Origin: an uncultured Desulfatibacillum sp.
GTDB taxonomy: Bacteria; Desulfobacterota; Desulfobacteria; Desulfobacterales; SpSt-501
NCBI GenBank assembly: GCA_964570965.1
Contig: CAZNAX010000003.1
Span: 3,874-67,873 of the forward strand
Direction: 5' to 3'
DNA length: 64,000 nucleotides
Position numbers and translations under genes: made by a program. Below, piece after piece: positions 63,960-64,000 of this stretch. The notes under the pieces were generated by a model, which did not search any database, was not told where the DNA came from, and worked only from the letters and a program-made list of their open reading frames with translations. The first letter of the stretch is position 1. Each line of letters starts with the position of its first letter.

Positions 63960-64000
63960 ATGATGAAGCAAAGAATAGCGGCCCTCGTCGCCGGTGTAAT
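63960..64000 (+). CDS. possible 5' end of a CDS running off the window (MMKQRIAALVAGV...)
   Basis: ATGATG at 63960-63965, followed by an open hydrophobic signal-like start. Too short to identify. Confidence 0.25.
   Translation, partial: MMKQRIAALVAGV

Overview
GC-rich, tightly packed 64-kb chromosomal segment. I can support about 60 protein-coding genes, two tRNAs (anticodons CAT and CGC) and a type-A RNase P RNA. I saw no rRNA, CRISPR array, transposase, integrase or prophage signature. Most of the window is core housekeeping: maf-yggS-queH, mutS, nif3/Zn-ribbon/rnpB, ispD, hisB-hisA-dnaG-rpoD, tex, dtd, folE2, ttcA-like, rpoZ, greA, asd, psd, tsaB, lon, pilD and a four-subunit 2-oxoacid:ferredoxin oxidoreductase. 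Gene content and composition suggest an anaerobic Desulfobacterota-like (deltaproteobacterial) genome, but that is inference only. The least explained part is 14.6-25.7 kb, a signalling-dense block. It holds a 2-TM divergent Hanks-type kinase plus an orphan AMMECR1. It also holds an operon of Ser/Thr kinase, a 727-aa protein ending in a catalytically dead GGDEF-like domain that keeps an RxxD I-site, and a double-FHA protein. Finally it holds a divergent unit of CheY receiver, a secreted protein with an unrecognised tandem domain, a 2-TM coiled-coil protein and an ExeA-type AAA+ ATPase fused to an OmpA-like peptidoglycan-binding domain. This block is my best candidate for an undescribed system. 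Other candidates are a Mut7-C / ATP-grasp / dGTPase-like HD / UPF0280 cassette (11.1-14.4 kb), a 444-aa protein with a C-terminal HPr domain directly downstream of rnpB, an orphan YcaO-TPR fusion, a small Cys-rich Lys-tailed protein, and a metallophosphoesterase plus kinase-DUF1566 pair. All functional calls rest on motif recognition by eye. No database search or computation was run. Many long ORF-track entries are GC-driven shadow ORFs antisense to real genes. Several real genes needed start revision because the track renders GTG/TTG starts as M.
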